Assembly: GCA_021513715.1 (NCBI GenBank)
Contig: CP084167.1
Coordinates: 3,200,001 to 3,264,000, forward strand
Direction of reading: 5' to 3'
DNA length: 64,000 nucleotides
From: Candidatus Heimdallarchaeum endolithica
Lineage (GTDB): Archaea; Asgardarchaeota; Heimdallarchaeia; Heimdallarchaeales; Heimdallarchaeaceae
Shown one piece after another: positions 29,829 through 40,427 of the stretch. Position 1 is the stretch's first letter. Each line of letters opens with the position of its first letter. A program made the translations under genes and the position numbers. Under the pieces are notes generated by a model. It saw only the letters and a program-made list of their open reading frames with translations, ran no database searches and had not been told where the DNA came from.

Positions 29829-31385
29829 TTAATCTGATAATTCTTTAGCAACAAAATTTTTTGCTTCTACTATCACTTTATTGATATAGTGTGGAATATC
29901 AGAGGCCATTAATCCATCGCCGTATTCCTTTGATGCAAGTTCTCCAGCCCTACCTGAAATATATGCAGCTAAACAAGCAGAAACAAAACTATCTTCTAAG
30001 TTAGCAAAAAGGCTAGCTATTATTCCAGTTAAAACGTCTCCAGTTCCCCCTACAGTCATTCCAGGATGTCCCGTTGCATTAAGTTTTGTTATTTTGCCAT
30101 TAGAAATAATGTCTATTTTTCCTTTTAGTAAGATAGTTACTCCCCATTCACTAGCTAGTTCTTGAACAATTTTTTTTCTTTCTTCTAATTTATCTGGGAG
30201 TTCTATTTGAAAAACACGATAAAATTCTCTTTTATGAGGAGTTATTATTATATGATGATTTTGTAGTAATTTTAACTCTTCAATACCTAAACTTGATAGA
30301 GCTCCTGCATCAATAACTAGTTTTCTTCTATCTTTAGATTTTAAAACTCTTGAAACTAGTAACCTAGTTTTTTTACTTTTTTTAGTACCTGGACCAATAA
30401 TAAAGGTCGCTTTTCTAAACCTCATATCCTTAACTATTAGTTTAGCATCTTCTTCATTTAGTTCATCACTGCTTCCTGGAACTGTTATTAAATCTGGAGA
30501 AAAAGAACTTATTATCGATCTAACATTTTTAGGAGTGTATATGTAAACTAAATCTGCTCCTGTTCTAAAAGCACCTAAAGCAGATAAAACAGGTGCTCCA
30601 GTATAATAAATTGATCCTCCAATTACAACAACTATTCCATTGTCCCCTTTATGACTTTCACTTTCTCTTTCTGGAAGAAACCACTTTAAGTCTCCAATTC
30701 CTATATAAGTTTCTGCTTCTGGGGGAATACCTATATCTTTTACAATGATTGGAACTGTAGCAAAATCACCAGTCTTTATTTTATTTTTTCCTAAACAAAT
30801 AATTTTTGCTGGTTCTTTAATGTATACAGAGTTATTTGATTCTGGATTATATCCTGAAGGAATGTCTATAGCTATTACTTTTCTCTTAAATTTCTTATTA
30901 AATGTATCAATTATTGAAAAAATAGGTTCTCTAGGAGTTCCCTTAATTCCAATTCCTAATAAACCATCTACTATCCAATCTTTATCTGAAATATTTTTGA
31001 AGACTGACGGAATATCATTAACATCTTTTATTCTAAACCATCTATTTTCTTCAAGAATATTTTTCAGTTTTTCATAATTTTTTTGGGAAGATTGAGAATT
31101 GAAAGTCTCTTTTTTGCCAACTAGGACTATTTTGCAATCATAACCATTATCAGTCAAATATCTCACAGCTACTAAACCATCTCCTCCGTTATTTCCAAAA
31201 CCACAAAATAAGAAAATCTTAGAAGAAGCATCAATAGAAGGGATGTTCATTATTTCCTCAGAAATAGCTTTACCTGCTTGTTCCATAAGTGTCTCAATCG
31301 CTATTCCCATTCCAAACGCATTATCTTCATAAGCCCTTGTATCTCTAATTGTAAAGAATTTCTTTTCTCGGTACAAATAAATCAA
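29829..31385 (-). CDS. nnr: Bifunctional NAD(P)HX epimerase/dehydratase
   Basis: LMEQAG, GNNGGDG, DIPSG, SHKGDNG, TPHKREF, GGTGDVL. Confidence 0.95.
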   Translation of the reverse strand: MIYLYREKKFFTIRDTRAYEDNAFGMGIAIETLMEQAGKAISEEIMNIPSIDASSKIFLFCGFGNNGGDGLVAVRYLTDNGYDCKIVLVGKKETFNSQSSQKNYEKLKNILEENRWFRIKDVNDIPSVFKNISDKDWIVDGLLGIGIKGTPREPIFSIIDTFNKKFKRKVIAIDIPSGYNPESNNSVYIKEPAKIICLGKNKIKTGDFATVPIIVKDIGIPPEAETYIGIGDLKWFLPERESESHKGDNGIVVVIGGSIYYTGAPVLSALGAFRTGADLVYIYTPKNVRSIISSFSPDLITVPGSSDELNEEDAKLIVKDMRFRKATFIIGPGTKKSKKTRLLVSRVLKSKDRRKLVIDAGALSSLGIEELKLLQNHHIIITPHKREFYRVFQIELPDKLEERKKIVQELASEWGVTILLKGKIDIISNGKITKLNATGHPGMTVGGTGDVLTGIIASLFANLEDSFVSACLAAYISGRAGELASKEYGDGLMASDIPHYINKVIVEAKNFVAKELSD

Positions 31386-31744
31386 TAATTTTTATGCTAA
31401 GCTGTTTAAAAACTTTATTAGAAAAATCAAAAAAACAATTGATAATTGAAATAAATAGTTTTTTAAGTTTGATATCATGATAATCATTTTAAGACAATCA
31501 AAATTACTTCATCTTCTAACTTGCTAACTATATCTATTGCTTATTTTAGTAATAAATTTAAATATGTTAGACTTGCTTTACAAATTCTAAAGACCCTTGT
31601 TCTTTAATGATTTAATCAGCTACAAGTTATTTTTTTACTTAAATTTGAAATGAGTTGAAAAATTGGAAAGAGAAAAAGAAGAGAGGTTTTTTTAGTGAGA
31701 AAAGGATAAAAAAGAGAAGAAAAATAGTAGAAAGAAAAGATAAA

Positions 31745-32314
31745 TTAAAAACGATCGGAGTATTTCTTCGCTTTATTGTGATTCTCGTTAAGTTCATTGT
31801 TTAATTTGTCTAACAATTTTCTAGTCCTATTGGTAATTTTTTTGTATTCTTTGAATTCTTCATTAAATGAACTTAATGATGATTGAATTAATTGCGTGTC
31901 TCCGCCATTTTCATTGAAAAAATTAATTGTTTTGCTGAGATTCTTAACTACAGTCCTAATTGTTTCAGTCTTAAACTGTTCTTTTTTATTGTGTTTTATT
32001 ATTTCTTGAGCTGTCTTTACTGGAAAATCAAGTCCATCAATTTCCATCATAAGAACATGCCCATCTGCATAAATTTCGTCAAGAATTGAAAAAAGCGAAC
32101 CAAGTGACGATAAATGTTTTGATACACCATTTTTTAATTTGTTTAAAGAACCTTTTTCTTTTAAGGTTTCGTTAATTTTTTCTATAATGATTGGTCCTAA
32201 ATTTTCTAATTTGCTTACAGTATCATTCCATTTTTCAAAATATGTTTGAAATGATTCAATAATCGAGCCTGTTGCATAGGCTAGAGAATCTGTTCTTCTA
32301 ATTTTGTTTTTCAT
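31745..32314 (-). CDS. Hypothetical helical/coiled-coil protein
   Basis: 189-aa ORF with GGAG RBS; no recognisable motif. Confidence 0.65.
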   Translation of the reverse strand: MKNKIRRTDSLAYATGSIIESFQTYFEKWNDTVSKLENLGPIIIEKINETLKEKGSLNKLKNGVSKHLSSLGSLFSILDEIYADGHVLMMEIDGLDFPVKTAQEIIKHNKKEQFKTETIRTVVKNLSKTINFFNENGGDTQLIQSSLSSFNEEFKEYKKITNRTRKLLDKLNNELNENHNKAKKYSDRF

Positions 32315-32592
32315 TTTAAACAGCTCCTAAAAATTGTTTGATGATGAAAAAATGGTAAAAAATGAATGATATTTCAATCATCAGTATTGTTTACTCTTAA
32401 TACTAAAAAAAGTTATCTACTTAGGAAAATAGAGAAAATTGAAGTAAAGTTAGAGATTATTAAAATAGCATATTCAAGTATTTCTACAGCTGAAAGGCTA
32501 TTTTCAAATTGCTTTCTAGTTTGTTTTATTTGTAGTAGTCAGATAAAAAAGAATTTTTAACAAAAAATGTTAATAATCTAATACTTTTTTAA

Positions 32593-33615
32593 GTGACACT
32601 CATTTTTTCAACCATGCCTACTTCACTAACCCCTGAAGTAAAAGGGAAGGTTCTAGATGTTCAAATATATATAGCCCAAAGTGCAGTTTTAGCTCATAAT
32701 ATTCTATTTATTACAGAGCCAAAACCTGGTGCTGCATCACCCAATCATCCTTTTAAAGATACTAAAGCAGCAGATTTTCTTTCAGGAGCTAGTTGTCTTT
32801 TCTATCCTCTTTTTGAACTTTCCAAGAGAGGGATTCTAGTTGCACAGAACCATTTATGGTATGAAGATGCAGAACTCGGATATTTTTTGAAAAAAGGGGT
32901 TGAAGAGTCAAAGAAATGGGTGAAAGGAGAAGGAAACACAATTTTAGGTACTTTGCTGATGTTTTCTCCCTTAACTATTGGTGTAGCAAACTTTTATGCT
33001 ACAGAAGGAATGAAAACAAATATCCCACTAGATTTAGATGTGGTAACCAAAATAACTGAAAATTTTCTAAAACAATCTAGTAATGTTGATTGTGAAAATC
33101 TAACTGATCTTTTAGTAAAATATGTTTCCAAGAACTTACTTACATCAGATAAAGAAGAAGATGATTTTACTTCTTTTCTTAATATTTACCAGTATGAAAA
33201 TAACAACCTATACGAATATACTAAGTTTTATGAAGAACGAGATTTGATATTCTTTGAACTAGCAAATAGATATAAAATTACAATCAATCAAGGTTATCCA
33301 TTCTTCAAGAAAATATATGAACAAACTGAAGATTTTATACAATCAACTTCTCAGACTTTTCTCTACCTCCTTTCTCTAAAGACAGATACACATATAGCCA
33401 AAAGATTTGGAAATGAAGTAGCGAAGGAAGTAAAAGCTAGAGCAAAGGAAATAATGAAAAAGGATGGACTATTTACTGAAGAAGGAAAAGAATTAATTTC
33501 ACAATTAGACACCTATTTACGAAATTCAAAAGATAGAATAATTAATCCTGGTTCTATCGCCGATTTAACAGCTACTTCCTTGTTTATAGCTATTTTAGAT
33601 GGTTACAGACCATAA
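32593..33615 (+). CDS. CitG-like triphosphoribosyl-dephospho-CoA synthase
   Basis: EPKPG, NTILG, DTHIAKRFG and INPGSIADL motifs. Confidence 0.8.
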   Translation: MTLIFSTMPTSLTPEVKGKVLDVQIYIAQSAVLAHNILFITEPKPGAASPNHPFKDTKAADFLSGASCLFYPLFELSKRGILVAQNHLWYEDAELGYFLKKGVEESKKWVKGEGNTILGTLLMFSPLTIGVANFYATEGMKTNIPLDLDVVTKITENFLKQSSNVDCENLTDLLVKYVSKNLLTSDKEEDDFTSFLNIYQYENNNLYEYTKFYEERDLIFFELANRYKITINQGYPFFKKIYEQTEDFIQSTSQTFLYLLSLKTDTHIAKRFGNEVAKEVKARAKEIMKKDGLFTEEGKELISQLDTYLRNSKDRIINPGSIADLTATSLFIAILDGYRP

Positions 33616-33639
33616 CTTATACCAAAATTTTTTTTTAAC

Positions 33640-34650
33640 TTACATAAGAAAGTTAATGATTTTCTTTAATACATCTTCACTTGATTGCTTAGTCTGGATA
33701 TTTGCAACAATATATCTGTTGACTAGATTTAGAACTATAGACGCAGAATTATGAAAGTTTAATAATTGTATAAGTGATTCACTATTGAATAAATATTCAA
33801 AACCTTTTGTAGAAGCTTGGAAAAGATCAAGTAATGATTTGCTTTTATTATCAAATTTTTCAAGATCAGCGCTTGCCGTTTTTGAAAAAACACTAATTTC
33901 TACTTCTTCGATATTAAAAGAATCGACAAATTTTTGTTTTATTTCTGCTTTTGTCATTATTTTAAATTTCTTTATACTTTCAAAAGCAAAAGCATTTAGT
34001 TTTCTCTCTGCTATTATATGAACAAAAGGAAGAATTATTGAGCTGAAAACATTGCCATTAAAGTTTATATGGTAAGCAATAGATGTAGATAGTTGAAATT
34101 GAGATTTAATTATTTTGTCTATACTTTTTCCTAAAACTTGCATTATTGTAAAATTATCAACATTGTAATTTGGAGAATCAGCCCTTACAAATAATGCTTT
34201 TCCCTCTTTAGAGAATATCCCCCAAGCTAATGGGTCATCTTTTTTATTTAATAGTTTATTAGCTAATTCTATTCCTGTGTATTGAAGGATGTTTTTGCAT
34301 TTTTCTTGGAAAGAAGAGAATGTAGAAACATTTCCTCTGAAATTTTCGATATCTTCCTTGTGATCTTTGAAAAAGTTTGTGGCAATTAAATTTAGTATCT
34401 CTTCAGCATAGTCTCTAGGCATATCTTCCAATACTTGTACTACGAATAAAACAGAATTGTATTTCTTTAAAATAAATTGACTTTCTTGTAACATTACCCT
34501 AGAGATACTTTCTTTAGTTGTTTCCTCTGCAAATTTCATTAAAGCAGTAATTAGACCTCCAACTAAAGCTTCATCTTCTTTAGCATATTCTTTGTAATCA
34601 AAAACTGGTATTCCTTCATTTGTAATAATTAAGATTCTTTTTATTAACAT
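33640..34650 (-). CDS. Longin/roadblock-like domain protein
   Basis: ILIITNEGIPVF..ALVGGLITALMKFAEE..FRGNVSTFSSF is a longin-like pattern; second GIFSKEG..LF unit. Confidence 0.7.
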   Translation of the reverse strand: MLIKRILIITNEGIPVFDYKEYAKEDEALVGGLITALMKFAEETTKESISRVMLQESQFILKKYNSVLFVVQVLEDMPRDYAEEILNLIATNFFKDHKEDIENFRGNVSTFSSFQEKCKNILQYTGIELANKLLNKKDDPLAWGIFSKEGKALFVRADSPNYNVDNFTIMQVLGKSIDKIIKSQFQLSTSIAYHINFNGNVFSSIILPFVHIIAERKLNAFAFESIKKFKIMTKAEIKQKFVDSFNIEEVEISVFSKTASADLEKFDNKSKSLLDLFQASTKGFEYLFNSESLIQLLNFHNSASIVLNLVNRYIVANIQTKQSSEDVLKKIINFLM

Positions 34651-34659
34651 CTCTATTCT

Positions 34660-35550
34660 CTAACCTTTTTCAAATTCAATATTTTTTAATGTTTTAACTA
34701 GTTCTTCCATTGTTGGAGGAGTACTAAGAATTTGTTGTTTTTCTATTTCTTTGTAAACATTAATAGTAAAGTCATCTATTGAGTTGATAGGCATTACTTC
34801 TCTAAAGAACGCAAAATCATGATGGTAAAGGGTAACAAAATAGTTTCTAAGTGAAGTATGTTGTAAAGAAATAGAAAAATTACTAGAGCCTATTTTTATT
34901 TTGTTTGGTTCTTCAAGGAGGAAGTCTTTTCTTTGACTTGAAAGCCTTAAAAGGATTGAAATAAAGTTTTTGTTCTCTGGTTTTAGTGTATCATTTGAGC
35001 AGAAAACAATGAATCTTCCCCTTCTTTTTTCTGCAAAGACAATTATAGGGTTATCATCAATAAAAGCGAGTGGGACATATTTCTTTATACCATTTTCTTT
35101 CAAGAAAATAGGGTCATCATTACAAGATATTTCAAAAGCTTTATGACTTGAAAGATTATTTCCCACAAGTTTAGTTTGTTTTGATATCTTTGGAATTCCA
35201 TAATAAACTTTATTTGTTAAAGAAATTCCAAGCTCATCAGTAAAGGCTTCGAACCACCTTCCTAAATCCTGTAAATATTTTGGAGGAGGAATATTCAAAA
35301 TAAGAGTTCCACCAACATCAATAAAATCTATAAGTTCTATAAATTCCTCTCGTAAAAGACGTGTTGTTGGCCTGTTTATAATCAAAATATGTGTTTTTTC
35401 TAAGTTTTTTCTTGTGAGTCCCCCTCTTCTAAATCTCCTACGAATTAAATTAAATTTAACTAAAGCTACATCTTCATCGATACTTTTGTATAATTCCTTA
35501 AGATCCATTTTTTCTTTTAAAGAGAGATCAACAGAACAAAGTCTTTTCAT
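34660..35550 (-). CDS. DUF4350/GIFT (IFT52-like) domain protein
   Basis: LTRKNL..THILIINRP...L..EEF..L.DFID.GGTLIL and GRFIVF.S.D patterns. Confidence 0.55.
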   Translation of the reverse strand: MKRLCSVDLSLKEKMDLKELYKSIDEDVALVKFNLIRRRFRRGGLTRKNLEKTHILIINRPTTRLLREEFIELIDFIDVGGTLILNIPPPKYLQDLGRWFEAFTDELGISLTNKVYYGIPKISKQTKLVGNNLSSHKAFEISCNDDPIFLKENGIKKYVPLAFIDDNPIIVFAEKRRGRFIVFCSNDTLKPENKNFISILLRLSSQRKDFLLEEPNKIKIGSSNFSISLQHTSLRNYFVTLYHHDFAFFREVMPINSIDDFTINVYKEIEKQQILSTPPTMEELVKTLKNIEFEKG

Positions 35551-35683
35551 TCACTTCTTAATTATTTTTTATGCTTTAAAATTCTTTTGTGATAGAAAAA
35601 CTTCAAAGAGATAGTCTGTTTGTTAAATCTGTCAATTATTAAGTTGATTAAATAAACTTATCAATATCTCTATTTTTGTTATT

Positions 35684-36739
35684 TTGAGAGAGATGAATGA
35701 AGAATATGAGATGGTACTAGCTAATGAAGATCTGGTTATGCTTCTTTTAGGAATTATAGCTTTCATTCTGGCATTTGTAGACTTTTCACAAGCAGCTTTC
35801 TCTTTTCCATCACTTGTATTATTTACACTAGGTTGGGGAATAGAAAGATTTAGAAGGAGACCACTGCCGAAGCAAGTTCTAAAAGCGAAACTGTTCTACC
35901 TTGCTCCTGTAAAAGTAATAAGAAATTATGTTTTATATTTGATAATACTTCTAAACAGTCTCTATTTGTTCAGGTTTGAAAAATCAAACTTTGAGATAAG
36001 AACAGGTTTAATATTTCTTTATTTAGCACTGATAATTGTTTCAATAGTTGAATTAGCAGGAAATGTGAGAATTCCTGATAATCTTATTATTATTCCAGAA
36101 ATTGAGACAGAATCTGTAGAAGTTAAAAAGAAAAAAAGATTTCAAGTTCTATATGGAGCAAAGTTCATTACTTGGATAGTTTTTTCTAGTTTGATTTCAA
36201 TAGGAATTTCTTCACTTAGCATAATATCAATAGTGAATTCGAATAATATAGTTGCAATTGTCCTCTGCTTCTTAATTCTGATACCTGCAGGAGCTACTTA
36301 TTATTATCATTATTATGATGCATTAGTTAAAGAACATTCATTGGATGTTGATTATGTATTAAAGGCTACAGATTACTACTTAGAATCAGAATTACCAGAT
36401 CTTGCTTATGAGTTACTTAATAGCTTTTTAGAAAAAGAACCAAACAATATAGTTGCTTTAGGAAAACTAGCTCTACTTTACTTAAAGGATGGAAAATACA
36501 AAAAGGTGTTGGAGACTACAGGTAAATCTTTAGCATATATTAAAGAGGAAAAGCTAGAAGTACCAAATACTAAAGCGCGAATGTATGTATTTAGAGCATT
36601 GTCTCTAAAAGCTTTAGGCAAATATGAAGAAGCTTACAAATCAGTGAATAAAGCCTTGACAATTAATCCAGATAATAAAGTAGCAAGAAAACTAAGGCGA
36701 GAATTAAGATCAATAGTTAAGAATAAACAAGTAGAGTGA
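35684..36739 (+). CDS. Membrane protein with C-terminal TPR repeats
   Basis: About 6 TMs, then EPNNIVAL..LA..Y...GKY and ALGKYEEA...NKALTINPDN. Confidence 0.8.
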   Translation: MREMNEEYEMVLANEDLVMLLLGIIAFILAFVDFSQAAFSFPSLVLFTLGWGIERFRRRPLPKQVLKAKLFYLAPVKVIRNYVLYLIILLNSLYLFRFEKSNFEIRTGLIFLYLALIIVSIVELAGNVRIPDNLIIIPEIETESVEVKKKKRFQVLYGAKFITWIVFSSLISIGISSLSIISIVNSNNIVAIVLCFLILIPAGATYYYHYYDALVKEHSLDVDYVLKATDYYLESELPDLAYELLNSFLEKEPNNIVALGKLALLYLKDGKYKKVLETTGKSLAYIKEEKLEVPNTKARMYVFRALSLKALGKYEEAYKSVNKALTINPDNKVARKLRRELRSIVKNKQVE

Positions 36740-36787
36740 ACAAAAGTAAATTTTTTTTATGCTTTTCCTTTTTTTTAGTAGGGGAAA

Positions 36788-37180
36788 ATGACATCAACAA
36801 AATTCTCAGAAGATAAAGAAGTAAAAGAAAAAATCAAATCTCTTGTTCCATTAGATAAAAAATTATCTCCAGTCTTGCCAAAAGATGTTAAAGGTACTGT
36901 CAAGTGTTACATTGATGGGTGCGAAAAACAGTCATACTATACACTTGGTGTGTTATTGCCAAGTGTTTGGTTTACTCAAGAAATAAAACAAAAACTAGTT
37001 CCTGTGATCGTAACATCTTGTTTAGAACACAGAGATGCACTAATTGACAATCTTCCAGAAAAAACTGTTTCTGTTATAATTCGTGATGTTTCAAGAGATT
37101 CTTTCGAAATTGTTTCTGATATGCTTAAACAAGCTTTAATTTCAAAAGAAGATGAATTAACAGTTTTTTATAGTTCTTGA
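36788..37180 (+). CDS. Hypothetical protein with possible Zn site
   Basis: CYIDGC ... CLEH. Confidence 0.65.
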   Translation: MTSTKFSEDKEVKEKIKSLVPLDKKLSPVLPKDVKGTVKCYIDGCEKQSYYTLGVLLPSVWFTQEIKQKLVPVIVTSCLEHRDALIDNLPEKTVSVIIRDVSRDSFEIVSDMLKQALISKEDELTVFYSS

Positions 37181-39786
37181 TTTTTAGGATTTTCTATTCT
37201 TTTTCCAATATTCTTTGAAGTTTTTTCTATTTCTACTTCTTTCAAAACTGAGGATAGCCTTTTTACCGCTTCTAGACTGTGAACAATTTGATCTAACCAA
37301 GAATAAATATCTCCTGGGTAAACTTGAATGTTTAAATTTTTTCTTATTTCTGTTGATATTCTAGTAGGGTTATATCCGTTTAATCTGTAGTTTACAATAA
37401 TTTTAGAAAAAGTCTTTTCACCACAATCACAAAATGGTTTTTCAGGACAATCACATACAAATATCTCTTTAGTCCATTTTGAAAAAGTATCTAATATGAA
37501 TGAGCTGGGTTTCCTATCTATACCCCACGATTCACCAGAATATAGGTCAAGAATTGCTCCTGAGAAAACACTAGTAGATATTGTTGACTTTAATAACCGT
37601 TCTACTTCTGCTTGTAATCTAGAAGATAAATAAGCAGCAGTGAAAGGTCTAATAGAAACAGCTAAGTCTAACACTAAATCTTCACTTTTGATATTTTTCT
37701 GCCTTCTCTTAATTTCTTGAACTAAACGTAAAGCAAAAGGAGGGGCTAAGAAAGATAGAGAAGTGGCTTTTCCTAATTTTGTAGGATAAATAGTTTTATC
37801 TTTAAATTCAAGCATTTCCATTTTTACTAAATTTTTTACAATGTCACTTAACTTGTTCGTTCTTCCAAGTAAGTTTGAAAATATCATTTTATCTCTTGAA
37901 TCAATTTTAACTTTGGAAACAGCATTGATTATTGCGAGTACTTCTTCTTGCTCTTCTATTGTGTCTAAAACTGGTTCTACGGGTTCTATGGGCTGGGTAA
38001 GTAATTTGAACGCTATTTGCTCTTCTGTTAAATCTTGTCTTGAATAAATTTTTCTTCCTGGTTCTACTAATAAGTAAACTTTACCTTTATCATGAAACCC
38101 AAATCTTCCAGCCCTTCCTAACATTTGATGGAACTCTGCAACTGTTAACCATTCTACTCCCATAGCTAAATTCTCGAAAATAACTAGAGAAGCAGGAAAG
38201 TCTACTCCAGCTCCCAAAGCGATAGTAGTAACAACAGTAGAAAAAGCTCCTGTTTCAAATTTATTTTCTATTTTTTTTCTTTGTGAGTAAGTTAATCCAG
38301 CATGATAATGTGTTGCTCTAACTCCTTTTTTGGTTAATAAACTAGCTATCTTTTCGCATCCTTTCCTCGAATTTGTAAAAACTAAGGTCTGTCCTTTGTA
38401 CCCCATTGAAGACTTTATTCTTTCTTCTTTTCTGCAGAGATCAACTAAAAAATTAATTCTTTGTTCTTCAGAATCAGTAAGGATTACATGTCTTTCTAGA
38501 GGGATAGGACGATCAGTATAAATTACAGGGGTAGAATTTAGTTCCTCTGCTAGTTCTTTAGGATTACCAATTGTTGCTGAAAGATAAATAAATTGAGCCC
38601 TAGGAAAAAGAGCTTTTAATCTAGTGATTAAACCATTTAACCTAAATCCTCTCTCTTTTGCCATTAACATCTGAATTTCATCTATACAAATAGTACCTAC
38701 ATTTCCTAATTCTTTAGCTCTTCCATCTCTAAGAACAAAATCAAGTGCTTCATATGTAGCAACAATAATATCTGATTGTAAACTCCCATCAACAATCGGT
38801 TTTTCAATGTCGGTTACTATTCTACTCATACCTACTTTAATTGAAGTTTTAAAACTGATTTTGCGATATCTTTTTCTAAAATGTTCGTATTTCTGATTTG
38901 TAAGAGCAACTAATGGAGACAAATAGATAAATCTCTTTTTTTCCTTTATAAGATTAGTAATCCCTGCTAGTTCACCTATTAGAGTTTTTCCTGAAGAGGT
39001 TCCAGCTACTATTAACAAATCTTTTTTTTCGAGTAATCCTGATTCTAGTGCAAGCTTTTGAGCTGGAAGAAAATTCTTTACTCCTTCTTTAATCAAAAGA
39101 TCTTTGAATCTTGAAGGAATTGTTTTTAGGTCTTCTACTTTTAATGAAATATCTGGTTTAGAGGCTCGAATAATATCGAATAATGTACTTTCTTTGTCAT
39201 TAATATTTGATTCAACACCCAAAGTTATAGAGTTTAAAACCTCATCTAGAGAACCTTTTCTTCGAGCTTGTTGTTCATAGAATTTTATTATTCCTGCAGA
39301 AAAATTGATTGAAGTTCTTTTTATTTCAGTAATTAACTCTCGTCTAATACACAATTTACAAATACTTTTCCCCTTAAAAAGAACATTCTCTTCTTCACCT
39401 AATTCAGTCCATCTTTGCTTATTTAAACAATATCTGCAAATATTAGCTACCTTTGGCTTTTTTATTTTAAAAGTGTTAAAATATTCAATAAATCCTTTCT
39501 GGTTAAAAGGAAGATCGCTTTTGTCTACAACCAAATATGATGCATTTTTTAGATCCTCTGTTGCTTCTTTAGGGCGTATATACTTTACTGTATTTCTTCC
39601 TAGTTTTAAGTATTTATAAACTCGAAGAAGATTTTTTTCGTAAATGAACTGAAGTCTGCAGTGTGAAACAGCTTTTTTGTCTTTTTTCCCAGAAACATGA
39701 AAATAAATTATATCTGTAGAAAGTTTTTCCTTATTAAAGTTAAATAAAACAGCTATATACGGCTTTGGAATCTTCATTAAAATCAC
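37168..39786 (-). CDS. Archaeal Ski2-like DEAD/DEAH-box helicase (DUF5814-type)
   Basis: GTSSGKT, IDEIQ, LSATIGNP, QMLGRAGR; C-terminal CDC..KPFCDC. Confidence 0.92.
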   Translation of the reverse strand: MILMKIPKPYIAVLFNFNKEKLSTDIIYFHVSGKKDKKAVSHCRLQFIYEKNLLRVYKYLKLGRNTVKYIRPKEATEDLKNASYLVVDKSDLPFNQKGFIEYFNTFKIKKPKVANICRYCLNKQRWTELGEEENVLFKGKSICKLCIRRELITEIKRTSINFSAGIIKFYEQQARRKGSLDEVLNSITLGVESNINDKESTLFDIIRASKPDISLKVEDLKTIPSRFKDLLIKEGVKNFLPAQKLALESGLLEKKDLLIVAGTSSGKTLIGELAGITNLIKEKKRFIYLSPLVALTNQKYEHFRKRYRKISFKTSIKVGMSRIVTDIEKPIVDGSLQSDIIVATYEALDFVLRDGRAKELGNVGTICIDEIQMLMAKERGFRLNGLITRLKALFPRAQFIYLSATIGNPKELAEELNSTPVIYTDRPIPLERHVILTDSEEQRINFLVDLCRKEERIKSSMGYKGQTLVFTNSRKGCEKIASLLTKKGVRATHYHAGLTYSQRKKIENKFETGAFSTVVTTIALGAGVDFPASLVIFENLAMGVEWLTVAEFHQMLGRAGRFGFHDKGKVYLLVEPGRKIYSRQDLTEEQIAFKLLTQPIEPVEPVLDTIEEQEEVLAIINAVSKVKIDSRDKMIFSNLLGRTNKLSDIVKNLVKMEMLEFKDKTIYPTKLGKATSLSFLAPPFALRLVQEIKRRQKNIKSEDLVLDLAVSIRPFTAAYLSSRLQAEVERLLKSTISTSVFSGAILDLYSGESWGIDRKPSSFILDTFSKWTKEIFVCDCPEKPFCDCGEKTFSKIIVNYRLNGYNPTRISTEIRKNLNIQVYPGDIYSWLDQIVHSLEAVKRLSSVLKEVEIEKTSKNIGKRIENPKNQEL

Positions 39787-39800
39787 AAAAATTGAAAAAA

Positions 39801-40283
39801 TTAATTTTCTAAGAATTTATGTCCACATAAAGGACAAAATTTGACATTAATACTAACTTTTTCTTTACACTGTGGGCATTCTTTAAATAGTGGAGAACCA
39901 CAATATTTACAGAATTTAGTTAGTTTTACTTCTTTTTTACAAGTTGGACACATTACTGTTTTTTTTCCCTTTTGAGTTTCTGTTCCCTTTACTGGAGTAG
40001 AAATTTGCTGTAAAGTTGTTGGAACATATTCTTGATATTTATCTGATGAAGGTGGATAGCTCTCACTTTTTCTAGTTTCTATTTTGCTAATAGTAAGTTT
40101 TGGGTCTATTTTATGAAGAAAATTTTTGATATTTGTGTTAGATTCTGTTGAAAGAGGTTTCCTTTTTTGGGCTAATAGAGCTAGTTTTAGAAACTCCACA
40201 ACATCTTCTTGTTCTGCTCCACAATGAGGGCAGACCTTTAATGATTCTTCAATTTCTTCCCAACAACTTAAACATTTTTTCAC
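39801..40283 (-). CDS. Zinc-ribbon (double zinc ribbon) protein
   Basis: Six CxxC motifs. Confidence 0.85.
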   Translation of the reverse strand: MKKCLSCWEEIEESLKVCPHCGAEQEDVVEFLKLALLAQKRKPLSTESNTNIKNFLHKIDPKLTISKIETRKSESYPPSSDKYQEYVPTTLQQISTPVKGTETQKGKKTVMCPTCKKEVKLTKFCKYCGSPLFKECPQCKEKVSINVKFCPLCGHKFLEN

Positions 40284-40427
40284 TGCATATCGCCTAATTC
40301 TTCTGTTTCTGAAAAGTCTTACAAGCTTATAAAAGTAGCTATTTTAGTATTTTATTTGGCTTTTTTTGGCAGAGCTAGAATTATCGATAATTATATATAG
40401 AAAAATAATTTCGTTTTCAAGATACAA

